Assembly (NCBI GenBank): GCA_041687035.1
Contig: JAWLCS010000002.1
Location: forward strand, 22,738 to 86,737
DNA: 64,000 bases
DNA from: Bacteroidales bacterium
Lineage (GTDB): Bacteria > Bacteroidota > Bacteroidia > Bacteroidales > UBA7960
Direction of reading: 5' to 3'
The position numbers and the translations under genes are program-made. How positions within the stretch are numbered: the first letter of the stretch is position 1; each line of letters starts with the position of its first letter. The notes beneath the pieces were generated by a model, which saw nothing but the letters and a program-made list of their open reading frames with translations, did not search any database and was not told where the DNA came from. Shown piece by piece: positions 29,070 to 38,874 of this stretch.

Positions 29070-30549
29070 ATTTTTTGTCTATTCGTTCAACCACTAGTTT
29101 CGAACTGATTACGGCCATGGGCAGGCCGGTGCCGGGAACTGTGGATGCTCCCACATAAAATACGTTGCCAAACTCTTCGTCGAAATTCTTTGGCCTGAAC
29201 CCGCCGATCTGACTCAGGTTGTGCCCCAGGCCCAGGCCGCTTCCCCTGTAAAGGTTAAAGGCCTGCTCCCAATCCACGGGCGTAAGTACCGTTTGCGAAA
29301 CAATGTGCTTCTTCAGATCAATGCCGATGCGCTGGCCCAGGTCATTCAGAATGTTGCTGGCCACCTCATCGCGGTCGCTCCAGTCGGGCTTAATTCTAAG
29401 GTCGGGCACGGGGCAAAGAATAAAGAGGCTTTCGCAGCCCTCAGGTGCTGCCTCAGGGTCGGATTTGGAAACCACATTTACGTAGTAATATGGCTGGTCG
29501 AGCTTCACGGAGTTTTTAAATACATTTCCCGAGTATTCCTTGAAGTTGGTTCCCAGGAAATAGTTGTGAAGCGGCACATCGTCCAGCTTGGTGTCGAGCC
29601 CAATATACATGGTAAAAGGTGCCATGGTCCACTGAAGCTTGTCCATTTTCTCCTGGTTGAACTTCTTGCGCTTGAAAATCTTGTGCCGGAAAAGGGCCGC
29701 ATCGGCATTGACCACGAAAAGATCGGCATTCCACTCTTTGCCATTCTGGTCAACCAGGGTTTTCAGCTTTCCTGAATCATTATTTTTATAGTCAACAATC
29801 TCCGTATTGTAATGAATGGGAATTCCGGCCTTGTCCAGTTCCTTTGTCAGGCCTTCCACAATTTTGTACATTCCTCCGTGCACGTTGTGATAGCCATCGT
29901 GCACCAGCTCGGTGTACGAAAGTATGGTGTAAATGGCAGGGGTGTCGAAGGGGGTAGCCCCCAGGAAAAAGGCCACCAGCGAAAAGATTTCCTTCACTTC
30001 GCGCGACTCGAAGTGGCGCTCCATTTCCTGCCACACCGTGCGTATCATGCGCGGCGAATATTTTACCGGCACCCGCGTCAGGGTAAGCAGATACTGCCAC
30101 ACAGAATCGTAGTTTCGTTTGAGCACCACATGCTCCACATCATGAAAAAAGCGGGCTGCCGAATCAAGGAAACGATTCATTTTCTTCTTGAAGTTGGGCT
30201 CCACCTCTTCAAATTCCAGCGCAAGGCGGTCAAGGTCTTTGTAAATCACGTAGCGCTTGTCGGAGCCCCTGAAATTGACCGAATATAATCGGTCCAATTC
30301 CCTGAACTCAAAGGGCATTTCTTTCAGTTGGGCATCTTCAAAGAACTCCTTAAACTCGTAGGTCATACTGAAAAAGGTTGGCCCCATGTCCCAGGTAAAG
30401 CCATCTTTTTTCATCTGGTTGAGCCGGCCGCCGGGCTGGTTAAATTTCTCGACCAGCTCTACCCTGAAGCCACGTCGGTGAAGCCGCAGCGCGGTGGTAA
30501 GGCCTCCCAGTCCGCTACCCACAATCAATACTTTTTCCGATTTGCCCAT
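29050..30549 (-). CDS. crtI: Phytoene desaturase
   Basis: GSGLGG FAD motif, DMGPT and GASTVPGTGLP; overlaps crtB. Confidence 0.88.
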   Translation of the reverse strand: MGKSEKVLIVGSGLGGLTTALRLHRRGFRVELVEKFNQPGGRLNQMKKDGFTWDMGPTFFSMTYEFKEFFEDAQLKEMPFEFRELDRLYSVNFRGSDKRYVIYKDLDRLALEFEEVEPNFKKKMNRFLDSAARFFHDVEHVVLKRNYDSVWQYLLTLTRVPVKYSPRMIRTVWQEMERHFESREVKEIFSLVAFFLGATPFDTPAIYTILSYTELVHDGYHNVHGGMYKIVEGLTKELDKAGIPIHYNTEIVDYKNNDSGKLKTLVDQNGKEWNADLFVVNADAALFRHKIFKRKKFNQEKMDKLQWTMAPFTMYIGLDTKLDDVPLHNYFLGTNFKEYSGNVFKNSVKLDQPYYYVNVVSKSDPEAAPEGCESLFILCPVPDLRIKPDWSDRDEVASNILNDLGQRIGIDLKKHIVSQTVLTPVDWEQAFNLYRGSGLGLGHNLSQIGGFRPKNFDEEFGNVFYVGASTVPGTGLPMAVISSKLVVERIDKKYGSLHK

Positions 30550-30685
30550 GTCTGTTATTTACTTGATTATATTTGCCTTAAGCAAAGCCCTAAATTATTA
30601 AAAATTTCAGGATTTAAACAAAAAGGTTATGTTAATGTTTGCAGTAAAGAAGTAATTTTAACCAAACAAATGCAAATTATTGGGG

Positions 30686-32167
30686 ATGAATCAGCATGCG
30701 GCAATAATAGGTTCGGGCATTGGCGGGCTGGCTTCGGCCATAAGGCTTGCAGCCAAAGGCTACCGGGTAAGTGTTTTTGAACAGGCCCCCAAAGCCGGTG
30801 GCAAGATTAACGAGCTGCGGCTTGAAGACTTCCGCTTTGATACCGGCCCATCACTATTTACCTTCCCGTCTCTAACCGATGAGTTGTTTACCCTTTGCGG
30901 GGAGAACCCCCTGGATTATTTTGGTTACCGTCCGGTAAAAACCTCGTGCAAGTACTTTTGGGAAGATGGCACCGTGGTAAATGCCTGGCAGCAACCCGCT
31001 GAGTTTGCCACTGAAATTGAAACCGTAACGGGGGTGGAAGCCGAAAAGGTGATGGCCTACCTGGCCGAAAGCGAAAAGCTTTACAACCTGACCGGTGAAG
31101 CCTTCCTTTTTCATTCGCTGCACAAGCTTTCGAATTTTGCCAAGCCCGTTTTTCAGAAAACCATCCTCAACTCCCTGAAGCTCGATCCTTTCCGCACCTT
31201 ACATAAAAGAAACAAGCAATGGTTCGGACACCCAAAGGTGGTGCAGCTTTTCGACCGCTATGCCACCTACAACGGATCCAGCCCCTATAAAACCCCGGCC
31301 ACCCTGCGCATGATCGCCCACCTGGAGCACAACATGGGCACTTTTTTCCCTGACAAGGGCATGTATGACATTGTGAAAAGCCTCACCGCCTTGGCCGAAA
31401 GACATGGGGTGCAGTTCCATTACAACACCCGGGTAGAAAAGGTGAATACACAAGATGGGAAAGCTACAGGGCTAAAGGTAAACGGGAAAGATTTGCCCTT
31501 TGACCTGGTAGTTAGCGACGTAGACATTGTAAATTTTTATCGCAGCTTATTGCCCGAAATCCCGCTGCCCAAAAAGCAGCTCAGCCTGGAGAGGTCTTCG
31601 TCGGCAGTGATCTTTTACTGGGGTGTAAACCGCACATTTCCTGACCTTCAGCTGCATAACATCCTATTCTCGGAAGACTACCCGGATGAGTTTAACCATT
31701 TGTTTAACACCAAAACCCTGAGCTATGATCCCACGGTTTACCTGTTTATTAGTTCCAAAATGGTAAAGGGCGATGCACCCAAGGGTTCAGAAAACTGGTA
31801 CGTAATGATCAATGCCCCCGAAAATGTGGGGCAAGACTGGAACAGCATGCTTGCCAAGGTGCGGCAAGACATTATTGATAAGATCAAGCGCACCCTGAAG
31901 GTGGACATTGAACCACATATTGTGTGCGAAGCGGTGGCTGATCCACGAAGCATTGAGCGCGATACTGGTTCATTCCACGGTTCGCTTTACGGGCTCAGTT
32001 CAAACAATATGATGGCCGCCTTCAACCGCCATCCCAACTTCCGAAACAAAATCAGGAACCTGTACTTTGCAGGGGGCAGCGTGCACCCGGGTGGAGGCAT
32101 CCCCCTTTGCCTGGCCTCGGCCAAAATTATTGACAAAGAAATTCCAAAAATCAACCAATTGCCATGA
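30686..32167 (+). CDS. crtD: 1-hydroxycarotenoid 3,4-desaturase
   Basis: DTGPSLFT, RYATYNGS.PY and GGSVHPGGGIPLCL.SA motifs typical of Bacteroidota CrtD. Confidence 0.88.
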   Translation: MNQHAAIIGSGIGGLASAIRLAAKGYRVSVFEQAPKAGGKINELRLEDFRFDTGPSLFTFPSLTDELFTLCGENPLDYFGYRPVKTSCKYFWEDGTVVNAWQQPAEFATEIETVTGVEAEKVMAYLAESEKLYNLTGEAFLFHSLHKLSNFAKPVFQKTILNSLKLDPFRTLHKRNKQWFGHPKVVQLFDRYATYNGSSPYKTPATLRMIAHLEHNMGTFFPDKGMYDIVKSLTALAERHGVQFHYNTRVEKVNTQDGKATGLKVNGKDLPFDLVVSDVDIVNFYRSLLPEIPLPKKQLSLERSSSAVIFYWGVNRTFPDLQLHNILFSEDYPDEFNHLFNTKTLSYDPTVYLFISSKMVKGDAPKGSENWYVMINAPENVGQDWNSMLAKVRQDIIDKIKRTLKVDIEPHIVCEAVADPRSIERDTGSFHGSLYGLSSNNMMAAFNRHPNFRNKIRNLYFAGGSVHPGGGIPLCLASAKIIDKEIPKINQLP

Positions 32168-32817
32168 GTAAGTTCGACTGGAAAAATAAAATATTCTTAA
32201 CAAAAGCCATTCTCATTATTTATTTTTCGGTGGGTGTGGCCGGACTCATCTGGGATGTAACCGCCGACCTGTTTACGCGGCTCATCCCTTTAACCCTTCT
32301 GGCAAGCATTGCTGTTTTGCTGGCTTTTCATCCAAAATGGGAAAAACGGAATGTGTGGGTTTTTGCCCTGATTGCCTTGCTGGGATACCTTATTGAAATG
32401 GCGGGGGTACTCACCGGACTTGTGTTTGGCGAATACCAGTACCATTACGCCCTGGGTTTCAAGGTTTTCGGAACACCTCCCATCATTGGCATCAACTGGC
32501 TGATGCTCATTTATGCCGTTTACACCATTTTCGAGAAACAGTCAATTCCCGCTTACCTGAAGATTCTTGGCGGGGCATCACTAATGCTGGTTTACGACAT
32601 CATCCTTGAGCCGGTAGCCATAGCGCTGAATATGTGGAGCTGGGGCGGAGGCGACATCCCCATTCAGAATTACATTGCATGGTTCATTATTTCGGTGGTT
32701 TTCCTGGGCATCTTCCACCTGGCAAAAGTGCGCACCAACAACCCCATTGCCAGGCATATGTACCTTGTGCAACTCGTGTTTTTCCTGGTGCTTAATATTT
32801 ATTTCCGCATGGCATGA
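32164..32817 (+). CDS. cruF: Carotenoid 1,2-hydratase (CruF/DUF422 family)
   Basis: Multi-TM; E..GV.TG..FG.Y.Y, D..LEP and P.QNY..W motifs; ATGA-coupled to crtD. Confidence 0.85.
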   Translation: MSKFDWKNKIFLTKAILIIYFSVGVAGLIWDVTADLFTRLIPLTLLASIAVLLAFHPKWEKRNVWVFALIALLGYLIEMAGVLTGLVFGEYQYHYALGFKVFGTPPIIGINWLMLIYAVYTIFEKQSIPAYLKILGGASLMLVYDIILEPVAIALNMWSWGGGDIPIQNYIAWFIISVVFLGIFHLAKVRTNNPIARHMYLVQLVFFLVLNIYFRMA

Positions 32818-33434
32818 TAAAGGCCGCCCATAACCGGTTCTACCAGTGGTTTTTCGGCTTCTTCATCAGGCTGCTGCTGCGCATTCAGTTCCGTAAGATC
32901 AGCATCCACGGAAGTGTAAAAGCCGAAGGCAAGTCGCTGCTGGTCATTGGCAACCATTTCAGCTGGTGGGACGGTTTTTTTGCACTGGTGGTCAGGAAAA
33001 AGGTTTTTGGCAGGAAGCTGCATGTGATGATCCTGGAAGAAGAGCTGAGCAAACGGCCTTTTCTGGCCCGCATGGGTGCCTTTTCCATTAAGAAGAACAG
33101 CCGCAGCGCCATTGAATCGCTGCATTACGCAGCGGAGCTGCTCGACGACCCAGCCAACATGGTGTTGCTTTTCCCGCAAGGCAAGTTTCAGTCGCACCAC
33201 CAGCATCCGCTCACTTTTGAAAAAGGATGGCTGCGCATACCACAAAAAGCCAAAGGTAATTTTCAGGTTGTCTTTATGGCTTATCTCACCGATTATTATG
33301 CACACCCTAGGCCGGAGCTGAGCATTTATCTTGCTAACTTTGTTCCGCCCCCAAACTTTGAAAACAAAGATTTCGAAGACGCTTACAATGCCTTTCTGCA
33401 TCACTGCATACAGCAGCAAAACCTGAAAGCATGA
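32814..33434 (+). CDS. Lysophospholipid acyltransferase family protein (CruD-like)
   Basis: NHFSWWD (HxxxxD) and FPQG motifs. Confidence 0.85.
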   Translation: MIKAAHNRFYQWFFGFFIRLLLRIQFRKISIHGSVKAEGKSLLVIGNHFSWWDGFFALVVRKKVFGRKLHVMILEEELSKRPFLARMGAFSIKKNSRSAIESLHYAAELLDDPANMVLLFPQGKFQSHHQHPLTFEKGWLRIPQKAKGNFQVVFMAYLTDYYAHPRPELSIYLANFVPPPNFENKDFEDAYNAFLHHCIQQQNLKA

Positions 33435-34519
33435 TTTGGCTGGCCTATTTTATTCTGGGGTTCCTGGCGCTACGGTTGCTGGTGGCCCTTACCAACATCC
33501 TCACCCGGCAGTGGCTTAAGCCCGGCACACCGCTGGGCAAGGCTTTGGTATCGGTACTCGTACCTGCCCGTAACGAAGAGCGAAGCATCGAAAATCTGCT
33601 CCGAAGCCTGCAAAAACAAGACTACCCCAACCTGGAGATCCTGGTTTATGATGACCTTTCGGAAGATCGTACACCTGAAATCGTGAAAGGGTTTGCAGCT
33701 GAAGATAAACGGATTCAGTTGCTGAATGGGGTTGGACTTCCAAAAGGTTGGCTGGGAAAAAACCACGCCTGCCATCAACTTGCGAAACAGGCTAAAGGCG
33801 AATACCTGCTTTTTATGGATGCCGATGTAACGGCCGAGCCACAACTGATCAGCCAGGCACTGGCCCATTTGCAAAGACACAATCTGGTCTTGCTTTCCAT
33901 CTTTCCGCAGCAAGTCATGAAAAGTTTTGGCGAGCGTATCACCGTGCCTATGATGAACTGGATACTGGTAAGCTTGTTGCCCCTGATCTTTACCCGCATT
34001 TCACCCTGGATTTCGTTCTCGGCTGCCAACGGGCAATTCATGCTCTTTGATGCTAAAACGTACAGAAAACAGCACTTTCACCAAATGGTTAAAGCCGATA
34101 AGGTGGAGGATATCATCATTTTCCGCAAGTTGAAGCAGATGGGTTTAAGGGGCCATACCATCTTAAGCAATGGTCAGGTAAAATGCCGCATGTACAGCAA
34201 TTTTGCCGAGGCCATTGGAGGCTTTTCAAAAAATGTATTTGAGTTTTTTGGCAACAGCAGCCTGCTGACCGTTTTTATGGCTTTGCTTACTACTTTTGGA
34301 TTTGTTCCTGTTTATTTGGGACTGGGTCCTGAATTTGCCATTGCCTGGGCTGCCGGTGTGGTTTTGCTTCGCGCACTGGTGGCATTTGCCAGTCGCCAGA
34401 ACGTCATTCAGAATATGATCCTGCTGCCATTTCAACAATTGGCATTCTTTTTGGTTATCCTTGCAGCCATTCGGGCGCGAGTAACAGGCCGGAGTACCTG
34501 GAAAGGGAGGACGGTTTGA
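33431..34519 (+). CDS. GT2 glycosyltransferase (CruC-like carotenoid glycosyltransferase)
   Basis: PARNEE, GWLGKNHAC, DAD, ANGQF and VED motifs. Confidence 0.88.
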   Translation: MIWLAYFILGFLALRLLVALTNILTRQWLKPGTPLGKALVSVLVPARNEERSIENLLRSLQKQDYPNLEILVYDDLSEDRTPEIVKGFAAEDKRIQLLNGVGLPKGWLGKNHACHQLAKQAKGEYLLFMDADVTAEPQLISQALAHLQRHNLVLLSIFPQQVMKSFGERITVPMMNWILVSLLPLIFTRISPWISFSAANGQFMLFDAKTYRKQHFHQMVKADKVEDIIIFRKLKQMGLRGHTILSNGQVKCRMYSNFAEAIGGFSKNVFEFFGNSSLLTVFMALLTTFGFVPVYLGLGPEFAIAWAAGVVLLRALVAFASRQNVIQNMILLPFQQLAFFLVILAAIRARVTGRSTWKGRTV

Positions 34520-34546
34520 AAGGGAGCAGGCTGTAGAAAGTTGATT

Positions 34547-34701
34547 GACGAATAACGATTAACGATTTAAGATTTGAGAAGGATATCTAATCAATGAATT
34601 GCCAAAGCAGCGAATCCAGCCTTAAACATTGAACCCCAAACCCTGCCTGCGGCAGGCAGGCTTGAACTTTAAACCTTAAACTTTAAACCTTGAACCTTAA
34701 C
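34547..34701. repeat. Heptamer arrays with a nested 19-bp palindrome
   Basis: TGACGAA TAACGAT TAACGAT TTAAGAT; CTTAAAC ATTGAAC CCCAAAC [CCTGCCTGC-G-GCAGGCAGG] CTTGAAC TTTAAAC CTTAAAC TTTAAAC CTTGAAC. Confidence 0.85.
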
Positions 34702-35457
34702 CTTTTTCATAAACTCACCATACTTCTCGTTCTAATGACCGTCTGGCATGGGGCTTCTGCCCAAGGCTCATCAAACCTTGAGACCTGGCGCAACCAGGTT
34801 TACGAGGCTTATGTGTTGAATAATATGCCGCAGTGGGACCGGACGGTCAGGGCCATGGAGGCAGCTTATACAAGGAACCCAACCAACGAACTGCTTTACG
34901 ACCTAACCCTGGCTCAATATGGGCTGATCGGGTATTATCTTGGCAATAACGAAAACAGCAAAGCAGAACCCTTGCTTGAGAAAGCAGAAAAAAACAGGGA
35001 GGCCCTGGCGAAAACCCCAGCCTACGCGGCGGCCGCACATGCCTTTGAAGCCGCTTTTATCGGTTACCGTATATCACTCAGGCCTATCCGTGCAGTGGTC
35101 ATTGGTCCCCGCAGTTCGCGTGCCGCTGATCGCGCCATTGAGGCCGATGCACGATATGCCCGTGCTTACGTTGAGAAAGGCAACATTATGTTTTTTGCCC
35201 CTGCCCCATTCGGAAACAAAAGCGAGGCCATAAAAGACTACCAAAAAGGCATTGAGCTAATGGAGGCCAATATGCACCCTTCACACAGGTGGCTGTATTT
35301 GAGCACGCTGGTGTCGCTGGCCGGCGCTTACGAAAAAACCGGCGATTTACCCCGTGCCATTCAGACCCTTGAAAAAGCCCTGCGCTACGAGCCCCGGTTC
35401 AAGTGGGTTAAAGACGACATGCTTCCAAAATTCAGGGCGCAGCAGGCAGGCAACTGA
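34690..35457 (+). CDS. Exported tetratricopeptide-repeat protein
   Basis: Signal peptide-like N-terminus; TPR-like helices (AIQTLEKALRYEP); start uncertain. Confidence 0.75.
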   Translation: MNLNLFHKLTILLVLMTVWHGASAQGSSNLETWRNQVYEAYVLNNMPQWDRTVRAMEAAYTRNPTNELLYDLTLAQYGLIGYYLGNNENSKAEPLLEKAEKNREALAKTPAYAAAAHAFEAAFIGYRISLRPIRAVVIGPRSSRAADRAIEADARYARAYVEKGNIMFFAPAPFGNKSEAIKDYQKGIELMEANMHPSHRWLYLSTLVSLAGAYEKTGDLPRAIQTLEKALRYEPRFKWVKDDMLPKFRAQQAGN

Positions 35458-35530
35458 AAAACCGATTGCTTTCTTCGCAATTTTTTTGTAATTTCCATGG
35501 TTGGAACAAAAAACCCTAAAACATTCTGCC

Positions 35531-36415
35531 ATGAAGAAAGCCATTCTTGCCACCGACCTTTCGAAAGCTTCTGATCTGCTTATGGAGTGCGCCCCGCAGT
35601 TCAAGACTATGGGCATTGAGCACATTACCCTTTTCCATGCCCCCGTGGTGAGTTTCAACTATATGGAATACAGCGGTTATTCGATGATGGTACATATTGA
35701 AGCCCGCATGATCAATTTGCGCAATAAACTGAAGGAGGTGGGGATCCCGGCCGACTTTGTGCTGAAAGAAGGGCTTCCGTCGCAGGAAATCATTGACTAT
35801 GCCAGCCAATACCCCGAAGCCATGATCATTATGGGCAGCAAAGGCTTCGGCTTTGCCAAGCGCAACCTCATTGGCAGCACCACGCTGCGGGTTATCCAAC
35901 AATCAAGAAATCCGGTGCTGATGATTCGCATAAAATACCTGGGCAAGAATGCCGCCGGCGAAGACGAATGCACCCTGGAGTCAAGGAACCTGTTGAGTCA
36001 TGGCATGCTGCTGACCGATTTTTCAAAGAATGGCAGCATAGCCTTTGAATTTATCAAAGAAAACCTGGCCTCCCATTTCGAGCAGCTCAGCCTGCTGCAT
36101 GTGCAAGATACCGTGGCCCTGCGCCACCACGACAAGGCAACCATTGCACGCTTCAACCAGATCGATACCGGGCGCCTGCAAAAGCTGGCCGAAGAAATCG
36201 GCGAAAAAACCAATACACTGGCAAGCATTATGTTGACTGAAGGAGCCGTTGTGCCAGAAGTCATGCGCGAGGTAAAATTCAACCAGGTTTCCCTCATCGT
36301 TATGGGAACCCATGGCCGTTCGCATTTCTCCGACATTGTGTTGGGTAGCACCGTTTTCCCTGTGATTCAGCTGGTAGAGTCGAACTGCTTGCTTATCCCT
36401 TTGAAGCAGGAATAG
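35531..36415 (+). CDS. Universal stress protein (tandem Usp domains)
   Basis: ILATDLS, MGSKG...IGST and MGTHG...LGST motifs. Confidence 0.92.
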   Translation: MKKAILATDLSKASDLLMECAPQFKTMGIEHITLFHAPVVSFNYMEYSGYSMMVHIEARMINLRNKLKEVGIPADFVLKEGLPSQEIIDYASQYPEAMIIMGSKGFGFAKRNLIGSTTLRVIQQSRNPVLMIRIKYLGKNAAGEDECTLESRNLLSHGMLLTDFSKNGSIAFEFIKENLASHFEQLSLLHVQDTVALRHHDKATIARFNQIDTGRLQKLAEEIGEKTNTLASIMLTEGAVVPEVMREVKFNQVSLIVMGTHGRSHFSDIVLGSTVFPVIQLVESNCLLIPLKQE

Positions 36416-36538
36416 GGCGTTCTTTTTCAGAAATATTAACAATCCCTTAAGGTTTTTTATGCTGATAAAGCCCTAAGTTTGGGCATTGGCAACAGAATAT
36501 TGCGACAGCCAGCATCAGTTTTCATAAAACGGAAGGCA

Positions 36539-37360
36539 ATGCCTGTTTTTAGGACCGGGAAATCACTGAAAAGAAAACGCTGGAACATTTATCCAGGGAT
36601 GTTTATTCTTGGACTTTGCCTGTTTTTTCTTCCTGGGGCAAACGCTTCCCTGGCTGGCCCGGCCCCCATCCTGTTAAAGGGAAAAGTCATCAGTCTAAAG
36701 GACAGCATAGCCATTCCCAACGTACATATCATCAATTTGAACAGTGCCAAGGCAACTATTTCTGGCACCGAGGGGCAGTTCTGGATACCTGCTACTGCAG
36801 GCGACAGCATCCGCTTCCAGGCGATAGGCTTCGAAACGCTGGTGCTTTTTGTAAGTTCCGGGCTGCTGGGCAAGGAACAAGACTGGGTGGTAGTGCTGGA
36901 GGAAAAGATATACGAGCTGCCGGTGGTGGAGATTTTCCCGTACCAGACCTTCACTGAATTTAAATACGCCTTTTTGAATTTTAAGGACCCCGACGAACCG
37001 GAGTTAAAAATGGAATTACCGGAGGTTGTACCCGAACCCGATTTAGAAAAAATGCCCCTAGGTTTTGGTGGTGTCATTCCTGGCCCAATTACCTTTTTGT
37101 ACGACCGGTTTAGCAGGCGAGGCAAAGCCCTGCGCAACTACCAGAACGTTTTGAGGCAGGAGGAACTGGCCGGCCGTGCTGCCCGCGTGGTGAACCCCCA
37201 GGTGATAGAACGCATGACCGGACTGAAAGAACGCGTAGAAATAAATGCATTCCTGATCTATTGCGGCATCACCGACGAATTTGTAGTAAACACCCGCGAA
37301 GCCGAGGTATATGCAAGGATCATGGCATGTTATGAAACCTATGTGGCAGAAGGGAAGTAA
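36539..37360 (+). CDS. Carboxypeptidase-regulatory-like domain exported protein
   Basis: LKGKV...I.NVHIIN...G.F.I....GDSI.F..IGF; start uncertain. Confidence 0.75.
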   Translation: MPVFRTGKSLKRKRWNIYPGMFILGLCLFFLPGANASLAGPAPILLKGKVISLKDSIAIPNVHIINLNSAKATISGTEGQFWIPATAGDSIRFQAIGFETLVLFVSSGLLGKEQDWVVVLEEKIYELPVVEIFPYQTFTEFKYAFLNFKDPDEPELKMELPEVVPEPDLEKMPLGFGGVIPGPITFLYDRFSRRGKALRNYQNVLRQEELAGRAARVVNPQVIERMTGLKERVEINAFLIYCGITDEFVVNTREAEVYARIMACYETYVAEGK

Positions 37361-37509
37361 TGATTTTTCCTTATTGATTTTGTTTAGTTTTTAGGGGAAG
37401 GGCTGTAAGGGTTGTAAGGGTTTGGGCGTGTCGGCTAACCAGCGGATTGTCATTGTTGTCAGCTACGCGTTGTAATTGTTTTATAAAACAGAATTCTCGC
37501 TGAATAATA

Positions 37510-37614
37510 ACGCAAACTGCGTTACGCATTTTGCGTAAAAAAAGCAAATCCCCTAGTGCAGTTAAATATTTTTCCGTAACTTGCGTAACGTAAAATACGG
37601 AACGCAAAATACGG
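37510..37614. promoter_or_regulatory. Array of five 13-bp pseudo-palindromes (candidate operators)
   Basis: ACGCAaacTGCGT, ACGCAtttTGCGT, CCGTAactTGCGT, ACGTAaaaTACGG, ACGCAaaaTACGG; 14-bp period within each block. Confidence 0.7.
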
Positions 37615-37618
37615 AATC

Positions 37619-38743
37619 ATGAAAAAAATAGGAAATCCTTTTGTATTGGCAGGCTTCGTATCAAAAGAATATTTCTGCGATCGGGAAAAAGAGCTGGCAT
37701 GGATGCAGGATCACTTTATGAATGACCGGAATATGGTCTTGTATTCCTGGCGCAGGATGGGGAAAACATCTCTCATTCAATGCTTTTCAAATCATTTTGA
37801 AAGCAAGCTTGGATTCGAAACCATTTATGTTGACCTGATGGCCACGCAAAGATTAGAAGATGCCATCAAGAGCATTGCCCGGGCAGTTCATCAAAAGTAT
37901 GGAAGTACCACCGGGGGCATAAGTAAAACCATGGGTGCATTGCTGGCCAGGCTGGGTTTAACACTTTCGTTTGACCCTGTAAGTGGGAACCCAAAGTTAT
38001 CATTGGGATTAACCAACTCTATAGCCCCTGCAGAATCCCTTGAAGCATTGGGTGAATTCCTTGATGCCAGGAAAAAGAAGGTGTTGGTGGTTCTGGATGA
38101 GTTTCAGCAAATCACCAGGTACCAAGAAAAGAACGGGGAAGCTGTTTTTCGCTACTGGATGCAAAGTTTTCCAAAGGTTCGGTTTATTTTCAGCGGGAGT
38201 CAAAGAAACCTGATGCGCTCCATTTTTTCCGATCAAAACCGTCCATTTTACCGCAGCACCCAAATGTTTGGCCTGCAGCCCATCCCCAAGGAGGTTTACA
38301 GTACATTTATTCAGGAGCATTTTAAAAAGGGCAGGCTGATGATCGATGAGAAAATGGTGGAAGACATTTACCATTGGAGCAGGGGGCAGACTTATACAAT
38401 ACAACTGGTTTGCAATAAGGCTTTTGCCCTGCAACAATCAGTTACCCCAAAAACTCTTGAACAGGTTTACTTTGAAATCATTGAACAGGAGAAGCCCATT
38501 TTTAACAATTACATGAAGATGCTTACTAAAACCCAGTGGGAGGTCCTGAAGGCCATTGCGGTATCAGAGCCTGTTGCCAATCCTTATTCCACTGATTTCA
38601 TCCAGAAAAATGGATTGGGGGCGACCAGTTCGGTAGGTACTGCCCTGGAAGCATTGCTTGAAAAAGAGATGATCATCGAGGAAAACAACCAATATTACTT
38701 GCATGACGTGATCCTTTCGCGCTGGTTTCAACAACAAGCCTAA
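37619..38743 (+). CDS. AAA/archaeal-type ATPase (ATPase_2-like) with probable C-terminal winged helix
   Basis: NPF...FCDRE.E, Walker A RRMGKTS, Walker B VVLDEFQ and FSGS motifs. Confidence 0.88.
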   Translation: MKKIGNPFVLAGFVSKEYFCDREKELAWMQDHFMNDRNMVLYSWRRMGKTSLIQCFSNHFESKLGFETIYVDLMATQRLEDAIKSIARAVHQKYGSTTGGISKTMGALLARLGLTLSFDPVSGNPKLSLGLTNSIAPAESLEALGEFLDARKKKVLVVLDEFQQITRYQEKNGEAVFRYWMQSFPKVRFIFSGSQRNLMRSIFSDQNRPFYRSTQMFGLQPIPKEVYSTFIQEHFKKGRLMIDEKMVEDIYHWSRGQTYTIQLVCNKAFALQQSVTPKTLEQVYFEIIEQEKPIFNNYMKMLTKTQWEVLKAIAVSEPVANPYSTDFIQKNGLGATSSVGTALEALLEKEMIIEENNQYYLHDVILSRWFQQQA

Positions 38744-38752
38744 CGGGAATGT

Positions 38753-38820
38753 CTTGCGCCCTCTGCTCTGCGCCATGCATCTTTTAATTTCATTTCTTGC
38801 CCCGAGCGTAGTTGAGGGGT
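38753..38820. repeat. Heptamer remnant and REP-like short palindrome
   Basis: CTTGCGC CCTCTGC TCTGCGC; CCCCGAGCGTAGTTGAGGGG. Confidence 0.5.
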
Positions 38821-38874
38821 TCTTTTTTCATTTTTCATTGATTACCTTTGCATCCTGAACGAAAACCTGATATA

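Noticed and set aside
30550-30685. CarH/LitR-type operator in the divergent crt promoter
   Set aside because: TnnACA-like words occur but not at a consistent 11-bp spacing, and no such regulator gene lies in the window
37510-37614. CRISPR array or plasmid iterons
   Set aside because: Units are 13 bp and adjacent with no unique spacers; no cas or rep gene is recognisable
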